A stretch of DNA of 63,828 bases, counting the filler, from Octopus bimaculoides (Eukaryota), in NCBI RefSeq assembly GCF_001194135.2. It is 7 parts of 7 records of this genome, joined end to end, with 100 filler letters (N's around TTAATTAATTAA, not from the genome) between each part and the next. Parts side by side here need not be neighbours in the genome. Positions count along the whole stretch, not along the records: positions 1 to 5,653 come from NC_069008.1; positions 5,754 to 17,258 come from NC_069007.1; 5 more parts are not named here. The stretch is one strand, 5' to 3'. How positions within the stretch are numbered: the first letter of the stretch is position 1; each line of letters begins with the position of its first letter. Shown one piece after another: positions 1-12,928 of this stretch. The translations under genes and the position numbers were made by a program. Under the pieces are notes generated by a model. The model was not told where the DNA came from. It saw only the letters and a list, made by a program, of their open reading frames with translations, and did no database searches.

Positions 1-348
1 TTTCGATTCCCAGACCGGGCGCTGTGAGTGTTTATTGAGCAAAAACACCTAAAGCTTCACGAGGCTCCGGCAGGGGACGGTGGCGAACCCTGCTGTACTC
101 TTCCACCACAACTTTCTCTCACTCTTTCTTCCTGTTTCTGTTGTGCCTGTAATTCAAAGGGGTCAGCCTTGTTGCACACTGTGTCACGCTGAATCTCCCC
201 CAAGAACTACGTTAAGGGTACACGTGTCTATGGAGTTCTCAGCCACTTGCACGTTAATTTCACGAGCAGGCTGTTCCGTTGATCGGATCAACTGGAACCC
301 TCGACGTCGTAAGCGACGGAGTGCCAACAACAACAACAACAACAACAA
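1..348 (+). mobile_element. SINE family A, head cut by window edge
   Basis: Begins at the B box TTTCGATTCCC; matches 62389-62772; ends in (AAC)n. Confidence 0.85.
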
Positions 349-662
349 TTAGTTTGCACTCAGTGGGGCTTATATCAATTAAGCCTACTGGGTCTTGTCA
401 TGGGGTTGCTAAGCTCTCCCCTTTGTATGAAATCAGATTCTCATTGATCTTCCTTTGCTTACTGGGACACCATGCTCACCAGGATCCTGCATGGTGTGCT
501 GATGAGGCAATTACCGTGATTATAATTATTCCCTCTCTGTCAATGGATACAGGTAAAGACACCTTGCACTTAATAAGATCTCCTCCAAGGTGGTCCAGGC
601 AAGGCTGTTTATGCAAGACCAGCAGTCGGCCATGCATGCCAGCTACGCTTCTCCACACACAC

Positions 663-716
<54 letters not shown>

Positions 717-1544
717 NNNNNNNNNNNNNNNNNNNNNNNNNNNNNNNNNNNNNNNNNNNNNNNNNNNNNNNNNNNNNNNNNNNNNNNNNNNNNNNNNNNN
801 NNNNNNNNNNNNNNNNNNNNNNNNNNNNNNNNNNNNNNNNNNNNNNNNNNNNNNNNNNNNNNNNNNNNNNNNNNNNNNNNNNNNNNNNNNNNNNNNNNNN
901 NNNNNNNNNNNNNNNNNNNNNNNNNNNNNNNNNNNNNNNNNNNNNNNNNNNNNNNNNNNNNNNNNNNNNNNNNNNNNNNNNNNNNNNNNNNNNNNNNNNN
1001 NNNNNNNNNNNNNNNNNNNNNNNNNNNNNNNNNNNNNNNNNNNNNNNNNNNNNNNNNNNNNNNNNNNNNNNNNNNNNNNNNNNNNNNNNNNNNNNNNNNN
1101 NNNNNNNNNNNNNNNNNNNNNNNNNNNNNNNNNNNNNNNNNNNNNNNNNCGATGTTGGGAGGACAAACACAGACACACAAACACACATATATATATATAT
1201 ATATATACATATATACGACGGGCTTCTTTTAGTTTCCGTCTACCAAATCCACTGACAAGGCTTTGGTCAACCCGAGGCTATAGTAGAAGACACTCGCCCA
1301 AGGTGCCACGTGGTGGGACTGAACCAGAACCATGTGGTTGGTAAGCAAGCTACTTACCACACAACCACTCCTGCACCTCCACATACATATACATACACAT
1401 ACATTTACATATATATATGCATACGTATATACACATATATATACATATACATATATATGCATATATATATATATATGTTTACATACATATACATGCATAC
1501 ATATACATAAATATATCATAGTGAAAGTAACAGAAATAAAACTA

Positions 1545-1583
<39 letters not shown>

Positions 1584-3643
1584 CACACATATATCATCAT
1601 CATCATCATCATCATCATCGTTTAACGTCCGCTTTCCATGCTAGCATGGGTTGGACGATTTGACTGAGGACTGGTGAAACCGGATGGCAACACCAGGCTC
1701 CAATCTAATTTGGCAGATCCATAGTGAAAATATTAAGTTTCATTATTAAAACTGAAAGTATCTCACATTAACTGAGATGTTATTGTTTCACTTTTGACAC
1801 ATAATGCTTAAATAGTGTAAGAGATAAAAGATTACTCCAGGCTTGCATCAGGCAAGAAGTTAAAAAAATTTTTTGCCCATAACACTGCATAGACCCTAAG
1901 TAAAGCATCTTTTTTGTTTTTCTTCATATATACACACAGGCACAGGTGTGGTTATGTGCTACGTAGCTTGCTTCCCAAACACATGGTTCTGAGTTCAGTC
2001 CAACTGCATGTCACCTTTGGCTTTGTTTGATGGAAATTGAAAGGAGTCTGTCGAAAAAAAGGCTTTACTGATACGTGGAATAAGTTACGAATCTGTGGAC
2101 TGTCTGTTGAGATTCCACACACAGTCTCACATGAATAAAAGACGATTGGCACATGGATGAGGGGGGATCGGTGGGTGGGACGAAACAACAACAATCTCTC
2201 TCCACACACACACACACACNNNNNNNNNNNNNNNNNNNNNNNNNNNNNNNNNNNNNNNNNNNNNNNNNNNNNNNNNNNNNNNNNNNNNNNNNNNNNNNNN
2301 NNNNNNNNNNNNNNNNNNNNNNNNNNNNNNNNNNNNNNNNNNNNNNNNNNNNNNNNNNNNNNNNNNNNNNNNNNNNNNNNNNNNNNNNNNNNNNNNNNNN
2401 NNNNNNNNNNNNNNNNNNNNNNNNNNNATAACTGCCAAAAAAGCAATAACCAAAAATAGACAGAGGACGAGGAAGCACTGAACGACCTCGGAGAAGACTT
2501 ACATCAATGTAAGAAATATTCTCGCAGCAGAGATCACCAGGATGAAGTTATTAAATTAATAACGATGAATAAGAAAAAATTGAAAGAGGAGGATACACAC
2601 ACACACATTTTTATATATGATGCAAACACATAATGTTCGTATTTCTTTTATACATACATATGTATATACTCATATAGACATGTGCAACATCATCATCAAC
2701 ACAGACATTAAATGATGATGATGATGAACACATATATATATACATATATATATTTTCATATATACATACGCACACACATAAACATACATCCATATTTTCA
2801 AACACAGACACACAAATATCTTCATATATACAAACATATTTTTTCATATATACTGATATAAATAAATATATATATATATATACATATATTAATACATACA
2901 TAACTATAAACACACATTCATATTTTTATATGCATACGTGTATTTATATTTCAACACACACACACACAAATGTGGCAAAGCTGGAGTACCTCCCGCTAGG
3001 ATTTTTAGTCAATTGTATTGATTCCAGTACTCATTCCACTATTGTTTTATTGATCTTTATTTATTGATCTGCTAAGTTACAGAACATAAGATGGCAACAC
3101 AATTTCAACACAAGTTAAACAGTGTGATACATGTACACAGACACACACACTCATATATATATATATATATANNNNNNNNNNNNNNNNNNNNNNNNNNNNN
3201 NNNNNNNNNNNNNNNNNNNNNNNNNNNNNNNNNNNNNNNNNNNNNNNNNNNNNNNNNNNNNNNNNNNNNNNNNNNNNNNNNNNNNNNNNNNNNNNNNNNN
3301 NNNNNNNNNNNNNNNNNNNNNNNNNNNNNNNNNNNNNNNNNNNNNNNNNNNNNNNNNNNNNNNNNNNNNNNNNNNNNNNNNNNNNNNNNNNNNNNNNNNN
3401 NNNNNNNNNNNNNNNNNNNNNNNNNNNNNNNNNNNNNNNNNNNNNNNNNNNNNNNNNNNNNNNNNNNNNNNNNNNNNNNNNNNNNNNNNNNNNNNNNNNN
3501 NNNNNNNNNNNNNNNATATCTACAGATATACATGTACATACACACGCACACACACATATATATATATATAAAGAGATATACACACACACACATATAAATA
3601 TATATATATATACATACACATACATATATATATATATACATGT

Positions 3644-3687
<44 letters not shown>

Positions 3688-4309
3688 ACACACACAACCA
3701 TAAGTTTGTGAGTTCAATTCTCAGCAATGCATAATGTCCTTGAGCAAGACACTCTATTTCACGTCGCTCCAGTCCACTCAGCTGGCAAAACTGAATTGTA
3801 CCTGCATTTCAAAGGTACATATTCTGTGTCATGCTGAATCTCCCTGTTAACTACACTAAGAGTACACACGTGTCTATGGAGCGTTCAGCCACATGCACAT
3901 TAATTTCACAAGCAGGCTGCTCCATGGATCGGATCAATTGGAAGCCTGGTCATTGTAAACAACGAAGTGTCACAATACACACACACTTGTATACACATAC
4001 GCATATATATATATGCACATACATATGTATTGGGTTGTCTGGAAAGTTCGTGCCGATTTATATAGTAGCTGACCTTTTGACTTGTTTGCCATGAAACCAC
4101 CTCAATTCTGGGAAGAGAGTATTTTCAAGTTAAAGGAAAGATGGAGACGCATTGTGCAACAAAATGGTTCATATTTGGTTGATTAAAAATGCAAATGGCA
4201 AGTATTTATTGACCTTTTTCTTTCCTTTAGAAATCAGCAAGAGCTTTCCAGACAACCCAATATATCTACATACATACATATATATACATACACATTTTCA
4301 AAATATACA

Positions 4310-4520
4310 CATATCCTGGTTCCAGCAAAGAACGCCAAAGACTTGAGAGGGCCAGATATGAGTTCCATATCTGCTTTGACTGTTGTGGGCCACATCTTCA
4401 GCTGACCACCTCTCTGGGGAAGGATCTGGGGCTATCGCTTTCCGGACAAGTTCATCATGTAGGTGCCACAACATGTGACCAAACCACCATAGTATCCAAA
4501 CGGTTCTCCTCCACTCTTTT
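4310..4520 (-). mobile_element. Decayed RTE-type LINE fragment
   Basis: LWWFGHML..ELVRKAIAPDP, then (shifted frame) GGQLKMWPTTVKADME..SGP. Confidence 0.65.
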
Positions 4521-5289
4521 TTTACTGATCAACCCCAAAGCTGACCTCAGTGGGGTCTGAACTTAGAGGGTGGAGAGTAGGCACATACCACAAGGTATAT
4601 GGCCTAATCTACTGCCTTGAATTTGTACTTTTTTTAACTGCTCCTTAACCCTCTATTAAAAAAAAAAAAATGAATGGTAAGGTTGACTTCAGCAGGATTT
4701 GAACTCAGGGTCTAAACAGTTGAAACAAGTGCCACAGGACATCTCCAGTAAGATGTTCTTACAGCTCTACCAATCTGTTGCCCTGGATTCGTGTGTTTAT
4801 CAACCCCGACGAAAGATAGTTAAAACTGACTTAGGTGGAATTTGAACTCAAAGCACAGAAAATCTGAACAAATACCACAAAGCATTTTATCCAATGCTCT
4901 AACAACTCTTCCACTTCATCACTTTGGCTTGGGGAACCACTACTTCAGAAAATCTTTCCTAATGCTTGAGAAAAGATTAAAAAAAAAAGACAGAAAGAAA
5001 AACCCATATGTTCTTCATAATTTCATTAAAAAAGATTATTAATAATAATAAAGAAAATAATTATACTTCAAGATGATTAACAAAGTAAACAGTAGTTTGC
5101 TCTGTTTTTTTACTAAAATTTTACATGAATTTTCTTTGAAAACTTTTAAATATTTCCAAGGGCACCGTTAATTGTTTTTGTTGAAACCATGTGGCTTCTC
5201 ANNNNNNNNNNGGGGGGGGGGGACTGCATCTGCTTGTGAAGCTCCAGTTTGGGCAGCTCTGGAGTTGTAAGAAGCATGGTCACCCTTTA

Positions 5290-5590
5290 ACTACCATAAC
5301 CACTCCTAGATCTGTTCTGACCCAGACCGGTAGCATCTATCAAGTTTCCAGCTATGGGTTAATAAATTTCCCAAGGGTGGACAAGGCTCCCATTGTTTTT
5401 GACAAAGTCCTAAAGAGGGCAGTTCTTCCAGGAGGAAGATACTAGCACCATTGAAAATACTACCGTCACTTGAACCTACCAAGACAACCAAGAGTGGCAA
5501 AAGTGTTGTACAAGCTTTTGTCACTTAACTCCAATGACATACAGATGTTACACCATTTACTGAGACAGCCATCATCTGACAGGATAAGGA
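5290..5590 (+). mobile_element. Heavily decayed RTE-like RT-downstream fragment
   Basis: Weak matches RVDKAPIVFDKV (cf. RIxKAxxAFxxL), VLY, and II*QDK (cf. IxWQDK). Confidence 0.4.
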
Positions 5591-5609
5591 AATCATCATA
5601 TATATATCT

Positions 5610-5653
<44 letters not shown>

Positions 5654-6313
5654 NNNNNNNNNNNNNNNNNNNNNNNNNNNNNNNNNNNNNNNNNNNNTTA
5701 ATTAATTAANNNNNNNNNNNNNNNNNNNNNNNNNNNNNNNNNNNNNNNNNNNNGCTTTCACCAGTTTCAGTCAACCAAATCCACTCACAAGGCTTTGATC
5801 AACCTGAAGCTATTTGTAGAAAACACTTGCCCAAGGTGCCATGCAACAGGACTGAACCAGGAATCATGTGGTTGAGAAGCGAGCTTCTTATCACACAGCC
5901 ATGCCTACACCTATATATATATATATATATCATCATCATCGTTTAACATCAGCTTTCCATGTTAGCATTGGTTGGACAATTTGTTTGAGGACTGGGGAAC
6001 CGGATGGCTGCACCAGGCTCCAATCTGATCCTGATGTAGCCATATATTTTATTCTTTTACATTTTGCAGTCATTTGACTGTGGCCATGCTGGCTCACCGC
6101 CTTAAGGGGTTTTAGTCGAAGAAATTGACCCCAGGACTTATTCTTTGCAAGCCTAGTACTTAGCAGTTCAGCAAAAGAGACTGATGGGATAAGTTATGGG
6201 AAGGTAAACACACCAACATCAGTTGTCAACAGACTCAAAGACACATAAATATATACATACATATGTATACATATAAATATATATACATACAAATGAATAT
6301 ATGCGTACATATG

Positions 6314-6422
6314 GAGTGGCTGTGTGGTAAGTAGCTTGCTTACCAACCACATGGTTCCGAGTTCAGTCCCACTGCATGACAGCCTTGTGAGTGGATTTGG
6401 TAAACGAAAACTGAAAGAAGCC

Positions 6423-6476
<54 letters not shown>

Positions 6477-6678
6477 TTGTGTGTCTGTATTTGTTCCCCT
6501 ACCATCACTTGATAACTAATGCTGGTGTGTTTACGTCCCCTTAATTGAGCGGTTTGACAAAACAGACTGATAGAATAAGTACTAGGCTTACAGAGATTAA
6601 GTCCTGGGGTCGATTTGCTTGACTAAAGGCAGTGCTCCAGCATGACCTCAGTCAAATGACTGAAACAAATAAAAGAGT
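6314..6678 (+). mobile_element. SINE family B, internally deleted
   Basis: Head, microsatellite and 3' half present; CORE segment missing. Another decayed copy at 8542-8905 (+). Confidence 0.8.
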
Positions 6679-7270
6679 AACAGAGTACACGTATGATGGG
6701 CTTCTTTTAGTTTCTGCCTACCAAATCCAACCACAAGGCTTTGGTCAGCCTGAGGCTAAAGTAGAGGATACTTGGCCAAAGTGCCAGACAGTGGGACTGA
6801 AACTGGAAGCATGTAGTTGAGAAACAAACTTCTTACCACATAGCCACGCCTATGCGCATGTGCACACATACACATGTATGTATGTACATATATAAACATA
6901 TCTTTGACTAAGTCAACCATGCTGGAGCACTTCCTTGAAGGGTTTAGTCAAACAAATTTCCCCAGTCCTTATTTTTTTACTCTAGCCCTTATTCTGTCCC
7001 TTTTTGCTAAGCTGTGAAATTATGAGGATGTAAACAAACCAACACTAGTTTTCAAACAGTGGGGTGGACAAAACACAAATGCAGACACATACATGTATAT
7101 ACATATATATGGGTGTCAGTGTAATTGGCTAATCCCCACCTAACAAAATTTCAAGCCTTGTGCCTATAGTAGAAAGGATTATTATTATTATCATTATTAT
7201 TATTATTATTATCTTTATTATTATTATTATTATCCTTATTATTATTATTATTATCATTATTATTATTGTA

Positions 7271-7481
7271 GAGGCGCAATGGCCCAGTGGTTAGGGCAGC
7301 GGACTCGCGGTCATAGGATCGCAGTTTCGATTCCCAGACCGGGCGTTGTGAGTGTTTATTGAGCGAAAACACCTAAAGCTCCATGAGGCTCCGGCAGGGG
7401 ATGGTGGCGAACCCTGCTGTACTCTTTCACCACAACTTCTCTCGCTCTTACTTCCTGTTTCTGTTGTGCCTGTAATTCAAA
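7271..7481 (+). mobile_element. SINE family A 5' half inserted after a (TTA)n tail; cut by gap
   Basis: Intact A and B boxes; matches the other family A copies. Confidence 0.85.
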
Positions 7482-8136
7482 NNNNNNNNNNNNNNNNNNN
7501 NNNNNNNNNNNNNNNNNNNNNNNNNNNNNNNNNNNNNNNNNNNNNNNNNNNNNNNNNNNNNNNNNNNNNNNNNNNNNNNNNNNNNNNNNNNNNNNNNNNN
7601 NNNNNNNNNNNNNNNNNNNNNNNNNNNNNNNNNNNNNNNNNNNNNNNNNNNNNNNNNNNNNNNNNNNNNNNNNNNNNNNNNNNNNNNNNNNNNNNNNNNN
7701 NNNNNNNNNNNNNNNNNNNNNNNNNNNNNNNNNNNNNNNNNNNNNNNNNNNNNNNNNNNNNNNNNNNNNNNNNNNNNNNNNNNNNNNNNNNNNNNNNNNN
7801 NNNNNNNNNNNNNNNNNNNNNNNNNNNNNNNNNNNNNNNNNNNNNNNNNNNNNNNNNNNNNNNNNNNNNNNNNNNNNNNNNNNNNNNNNNNNNNNNNNNN
7901 NNNNNNNNNNNNNNNNNNNNNNNNNNNNNNNNNNNNNNNNNNNNNNNNNNNNNNNNNNNNNNNNNNNNNNNNNNNNNNNNNNNNNNNNNNNNNNNNNNNN
8001 NNNNNNNNNNNNNNNNNNNNNNNNNNNNNNNNNNNNNNNNNNNNNNNNNNNNNNNNNNNNNNNNNNNNNNNNNNNNNNNNNNNNATTATTATTATTATTA
8101 TTATTATTATATTTTGTTGTTCTTCTATCTTGTTAG

Positions 8137-8191
8137 AGCAGCTAATAGTCTTCAGAGAACAGAAAACTGGTGCTGTGCCAATATCGTGTAG
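8137..8191 (+). CDS. Candidate terminal coding exon (..AANSLQRTENWCCANIV*) of a plus-strand gene whose other exons are not seen
   Basis: Good acceptor ttgttgttcttctatcttgttag (AG 8135-8136), stop at 8189-8191, T-rich non-repetitive tail, AATAAA at 8486-8491 followed by a GT-rich stretch. No homologue recognised. Confidence 0.3.
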
Positions 8192-10984
8192 AGACTTTGT
8201 GAAGGGTTTTTTTCTGGGGTTTTTTTTGTTTATTTGTTTTGTCCTCCCCCCACCCCCACCTTCTCTTAGTCATTTATCCATTTCCTGATATTTTTCTAAC
8301 ATGTAATTTGAAGTGCCATAAAAATACCATTTCCTGCCGATGAGTCAACAGCGCCGTTTATTTTTTAACGATATTTACCATTATTGTTTCTGATGTTGTT
8401 GATGATGTTTGTAAGCGACTGTAAAACATTTAAAATGACCACGGAAATCAGTGGTGATTAAAAGAATTGGTTTGATAAACAGATCAATAAAAACATTTAT
8501 GTTATTGTTTAGCCCTAGGTCAGACCCTCCTTGAGTACACCTATGGCTGTGTGGTAAGAAGTCTGTTTCTTAACCACATGGTTCCAGGTTCAGTTCCACT
8601 GTGTGGCACCTTCTGCAAGTATCTTCTTCTGTAGTCCCTTGGGTTGACCATAGCTTTGTGAGTGAATTTGATTAACAAAAACTGAAACAAGTCCATTGTG
8701 TGTGTGTGTGTGTATCCCATCACCACTTGACAACCAGTGTTGGCATGTTTACATCCCTCTAACTTAGCAGTTTAGCCAAAGGGGCTGATACCATAAGTAA
8801 CAGTCTTAAAGAAATGTCCTGGGGGTCGATTCAGTCAACTAACAGATTCTTCTAGACAGTGCCCCAGCATGGCCACAGTCTAATAACTGAAACATATAAA
8901 AGATAACAGATAAAGATAGATGTTAGCATTTGTCACCTGTCTGCCATGTAATCCCATTGTGGTGCAATCTAAACTACATCATTTAATTTCTCCTTTGCTG
9001 TTTGTGTTGTTTAGCCAGGTTGAGGGCACATAGCTTAATGGTTAGCGTATTTGGCTCACAGTTGTGAGGTCGATTCCTGGTGGTGTGTTGTGTTGTGTCC
9101 TTGAGCAAGACACTTCATTTCATGTTGTTCCAGTTCCCTCAGCTGGCAAAATTTGAGTAAATTGAGTTGTATCTGTAATTCAAACAGCCATCCTTGTTAC
9201 ATTCTGTGTCACTCTGAATCTCTCTGAAAACTACATTAAGGGTATGTGTGTCTGTGGAGTACTCAGCCACTTGCATGTTAATTTCATGAGCAAGTTGTTC
9301 CATTTGTTGAATCAACTGGAACCCTTGTTGTCGTAACTAACAGAGTGCCAGTAAGCCAGATTTAATCAAGCCGACTTATACTCAAAAACATTTCCACCAA
9401 AACCAGTATGTCCGTGCGTATCACGTCAGAGCGACGATGGGAAGGATGACTTCCCTTTGCAAATACCAACAGGGCACAGAAAGTGTGTCAATAGCCAGCT
9501 GGAGGAGATGTTCTCCTGGGGCTACAAGCTACAGTAGCATTCGCCCTTAGGGGTTAGCCACATTTAAGTGGCAAATATACTTCAGTATGTCTTTATTATC
9601 TCCAAAGTTGACCATAGTTGATTTTGTATTTCTGGACCTTTTGGTTATCTCATCCACATTAAAAAATGACCATTAAAAAATTGGGTTACCTCTCCACTAA
9701 AAAATTGAGTTTGTGGCGACAAGAGATTGGATTAAAAGTGTTAGATCTTTTTTGATTCAATACTTCAACACATTGTTGATGTTTGGCCTCCTCAATAGGA
9801 ATGGTGTGATTTATTATAAAAGTGTTATTTTTTATTTAAGCGCCCTTTTAAAGCCTAGCCAGGCTCATGGGCCCGGTTTTCCGGTTTCTATGGCGTATGT
9901 ATTCCCCTCCCCCAACTGGACGGGACGCCAGTCCATCGCAGCTTTACTTAAGAAACAGGAAGAAAGAGTGAGAGAAAGTTGGGGCAAAAGATTACAACAA
10001 GGTTCGCCACCANNNNNNNNNNNNNNNNNNNNNNNNNNNNNNNNNNNNNNNNNNNNNNNNNNNNNNNNNNNNNNNNNNNNNNNNNNNNNNNNNNNNNNNN
10101 NNNNNNNNNNNNNNNNNNNNNNNNNNNNNNNNNNNNNNNNNNNNNNNNNNNNNNNNNNNNNNNNNNNNNNNNNNNNNNNNNNNNNNNNNNNNNNNNNNNN
10201 NNNNNNNNNNNNNNNNNNNNNNNNNNNNNNNNNNNNNNNNNNNNNNNNNNNNNNNNNNNNNNNNNNNNNNNNNNNNNNNNNNNNNNNNNNNNNNNNNNNN
10301 NNNNNNNNNNNNNNNNNNNNNNNNNNNNNNNNNNNNNNNNNNNNNNNNNNNNNNNNNNNNNNNNNNNNNNNNNNNNNNNNNNNNNNNNNNNNNNNNNNNN
10401 NNNNNNNNNGAAGATAACCAAAAAAATACCTGCATTTCATCCTTTCAGTTGAACCCTGGGGTTGATATAATCGACTAATCCCCTCCCCCAAAATTTCTGG
10501 TGTTGCACTTATAATAAGGAGGATTATTCCCAGACACTATATATCTAGGACTACATATTACCCTACGTATCCTTTCTCCCATTTTTTTTTTTAAGTTGGC
10601 AGGATGATGTGAGGGAAATTTAGCTGATATTTCTTGCAGGCTGATGGGAGAGTCTCTGTAGAGGCTTTTTTCCATTTGCTTGCAAAAGCAGAAGTGGGAT
10701 GTAGATGGTTAAGTTGATAAGGTAGTTTTTTTAATATCTCGTGCAGTAAATATATTGATTTCACATTTTGACACAAGGCCAGCAATTTGGGGGCAGAGGC
10801 TAAGTTGATTACATCAACCACAGTACATGACTGGTACTTATTTTATCAACCCTGAAAGGATGAAAGGCGAAAAAGATCCTTGAAACAAAGTAGACCCTGG
10901 TAAACTCAGAATATAATGCTGGAAGAATTGCCACTGAGCATTTTGTCTGATGCGGTAACAATTCTGCCGGCTCACTGCCTTATT

Positions 10985-11892
10985 CTGCAGTAAATATATT
11001 AGATAACCATACCTACCTATTTGTCTATTTATTTATCTCCCCACATAATTATTTCTAGTTAAAATGTTTAATGTTTTCCATGGTAAATATATTAACTCTA
11101 CTAACTTACCCATGTACTTATCTCTCTCTTTCTCTCTCTCTCACCACATAATTATTCTTAGTGAGAATTTCAATGTTCTCTGTATTAAATGTATTAACAC
11201 TACTACCTTACTTTACTTGTTTGTCTATCTAACTTCCTGTCTGTCTTATTTCATAATTCTTTCTAGTTAGTCACTTAATATTTTCTGCAGTTAATATAAT
11301 TATACTACTAAATAACCATATTTACCTATTTGTCTGTCTCTATCTATTTTACCACATAATCATTTTCTAGTTAGCTTTTTTACTATTCTTTTTATTAAAT
11401 TTGTTAACACAACTGCCTTATCTTACCTGTCTGTCTATCAAACTTCCTGTGTTTGTCTCACACCATAATTCCTTCTAGTTAGCTTAATGTTTTCTGCTGT
11501 AAATGTATTAATACTACTATCAAATCAAACCCATTTATTTGTCTGTCTGTCTCGCCACATAATTGTTCCTAGCGAGATTTTTTTAATGTCCTCTACATTA
11601 AATATATTAACACTGCTACTTTACCTTACTTGTCTGTCTTTCTCTCTCACTTCCTGTTTGTTTGTCTCACTACATAATTCTTTCTAGTTAGCTTTTTAAC
11701 ATTTTACTCTGTAAATATATTAACATTGCTAAATAACCATACCTATCTATTTGTCGATCTATTTATCTCACCACAAAATTATTTTTAGTTAGTTTTTTAA
11801 TGCTCTCTACATTACATGTGTTAATGCAACTACCTTATCTATCTACCTATTCACCTATCCATTTAGCTATTTAACTGTTTGTTGTCTGTCTG

Positions 11893-11929
<37 letters not shown>

Positions 11930-12108
11930 TTTAAAATTTAACTGTTTGTCGTCTGTCTGTTTGTCTTCTCTGTCTATCTTTCTGTCTGTCTGTCTGTCTG
12001 TCTGTCTATTTGCCTGTTTGTCTGTCTATCTATATAATTTTCCATCTATCTATTCGTTTGTTTGTCTAGTTATCTATCTATCTATCTATCCGTCTATCTA
12101 TTTGACTG

Positions 12109-12146
<38 letters not shown>

Positions 12147-12184
12147 CGTCTATCTATCTATCTATCCGTCTATCTATTTGACTG

Positions 12185-12227
<43 letters not shown>

Positions 12228-12560
12228 GTCTATCCATCCGTCTATCTATCTATCTATCTATCGTCAGTCTGTCAGTCTGTTTTTCTATCTATCTATATAT
12301 CTATCTATATATTTATCTCTCTAATTTTCCGTCTGTCTGTCTCCCTATCTATTTATTTCACTTTCCATCCATCCATCCATCCATCCATTCAACCATCTCA
12401 ATAGAATTCTCTCTAGTTATTTTATTTTTTAATGTTTCCCACATTACATATATTAACACTACTAACCTACCTACCTACCTACCTATCTATATATCTATCT
12501 ATTTGTCTATTTCAACACATAATTATTTCTAGTTAGTATTTTTAATACTCTCCACATTAA
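10985..12560. repeat. Degenerate ~100-115 bp tandem array interrupted by a (TCTA/TCTG)n expansion (about 11880-12400)
   Basis: CACATAATT..TCTAGTTAG recurs at about 11044, 11145, 11253, 11353, 11463, 11556, 11672, 11770, 12405 and 12516. Confidence 0.8.
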
Positions 12561-12891
12561 ATACATTAACATGACTAACGTAACATTTATTGCTGATTGA
12601 ATCACTAAGTAAACGTAATAAAAAGCAAAAAAGTTTGCAAAGTGCAATAAAACATTTTGCCTCACACCATAATGATTGATTCCGCTATGCGGAATTTTTG
12701 GTATGCAATATTCACCGATATAAACTATCTTAACTGGTATTTTATCTTTTGCTTGTTTCATTCTTTACACTGAGGCCATGCTGGAGCATCACATTTGAAG
12801 GGTTTCATTCTTTTATTCTTTTACTTGTTTCAGTCGTTTGATTGTGGCCATGCTGAAGCACCACCTTTAGTCGAACAAATCGACCCCACCT

Positions 12892-12928
<37 letters not shown>

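Noticed and set aside
279-1255. Long ORFs rich in IY/YI, VC, TH or X throughout the ORF track (also at 3077-3727, 12795-13790, 26368-27073, 42810-45402, 52933-56128 etc.)
   Set aside because: They are translations of (TA)n, (TG)n and N runs, which lack stop codons.
1664-1680. CTGAGGA..GAAAC hammerhead-like words in a family E copy
   Set aside because: Only 5 nt between the words with no stem II, no downstream GUH/stem III, and the other family E copies lack GAAAC.
2428-2600. Protein-like frame TEDEEALNDLGEDLHQC.. with a GTAAGA donor
   Set aside because: All three frames have a stop between the gap and the donor, and there is no pyrimidine-rich acceptor.
5698-5709. Recurrent palindrome TTAATTAATTAA
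   Set aside because: Always centred in exactly 44+44 N: an assembly linker, not biology.
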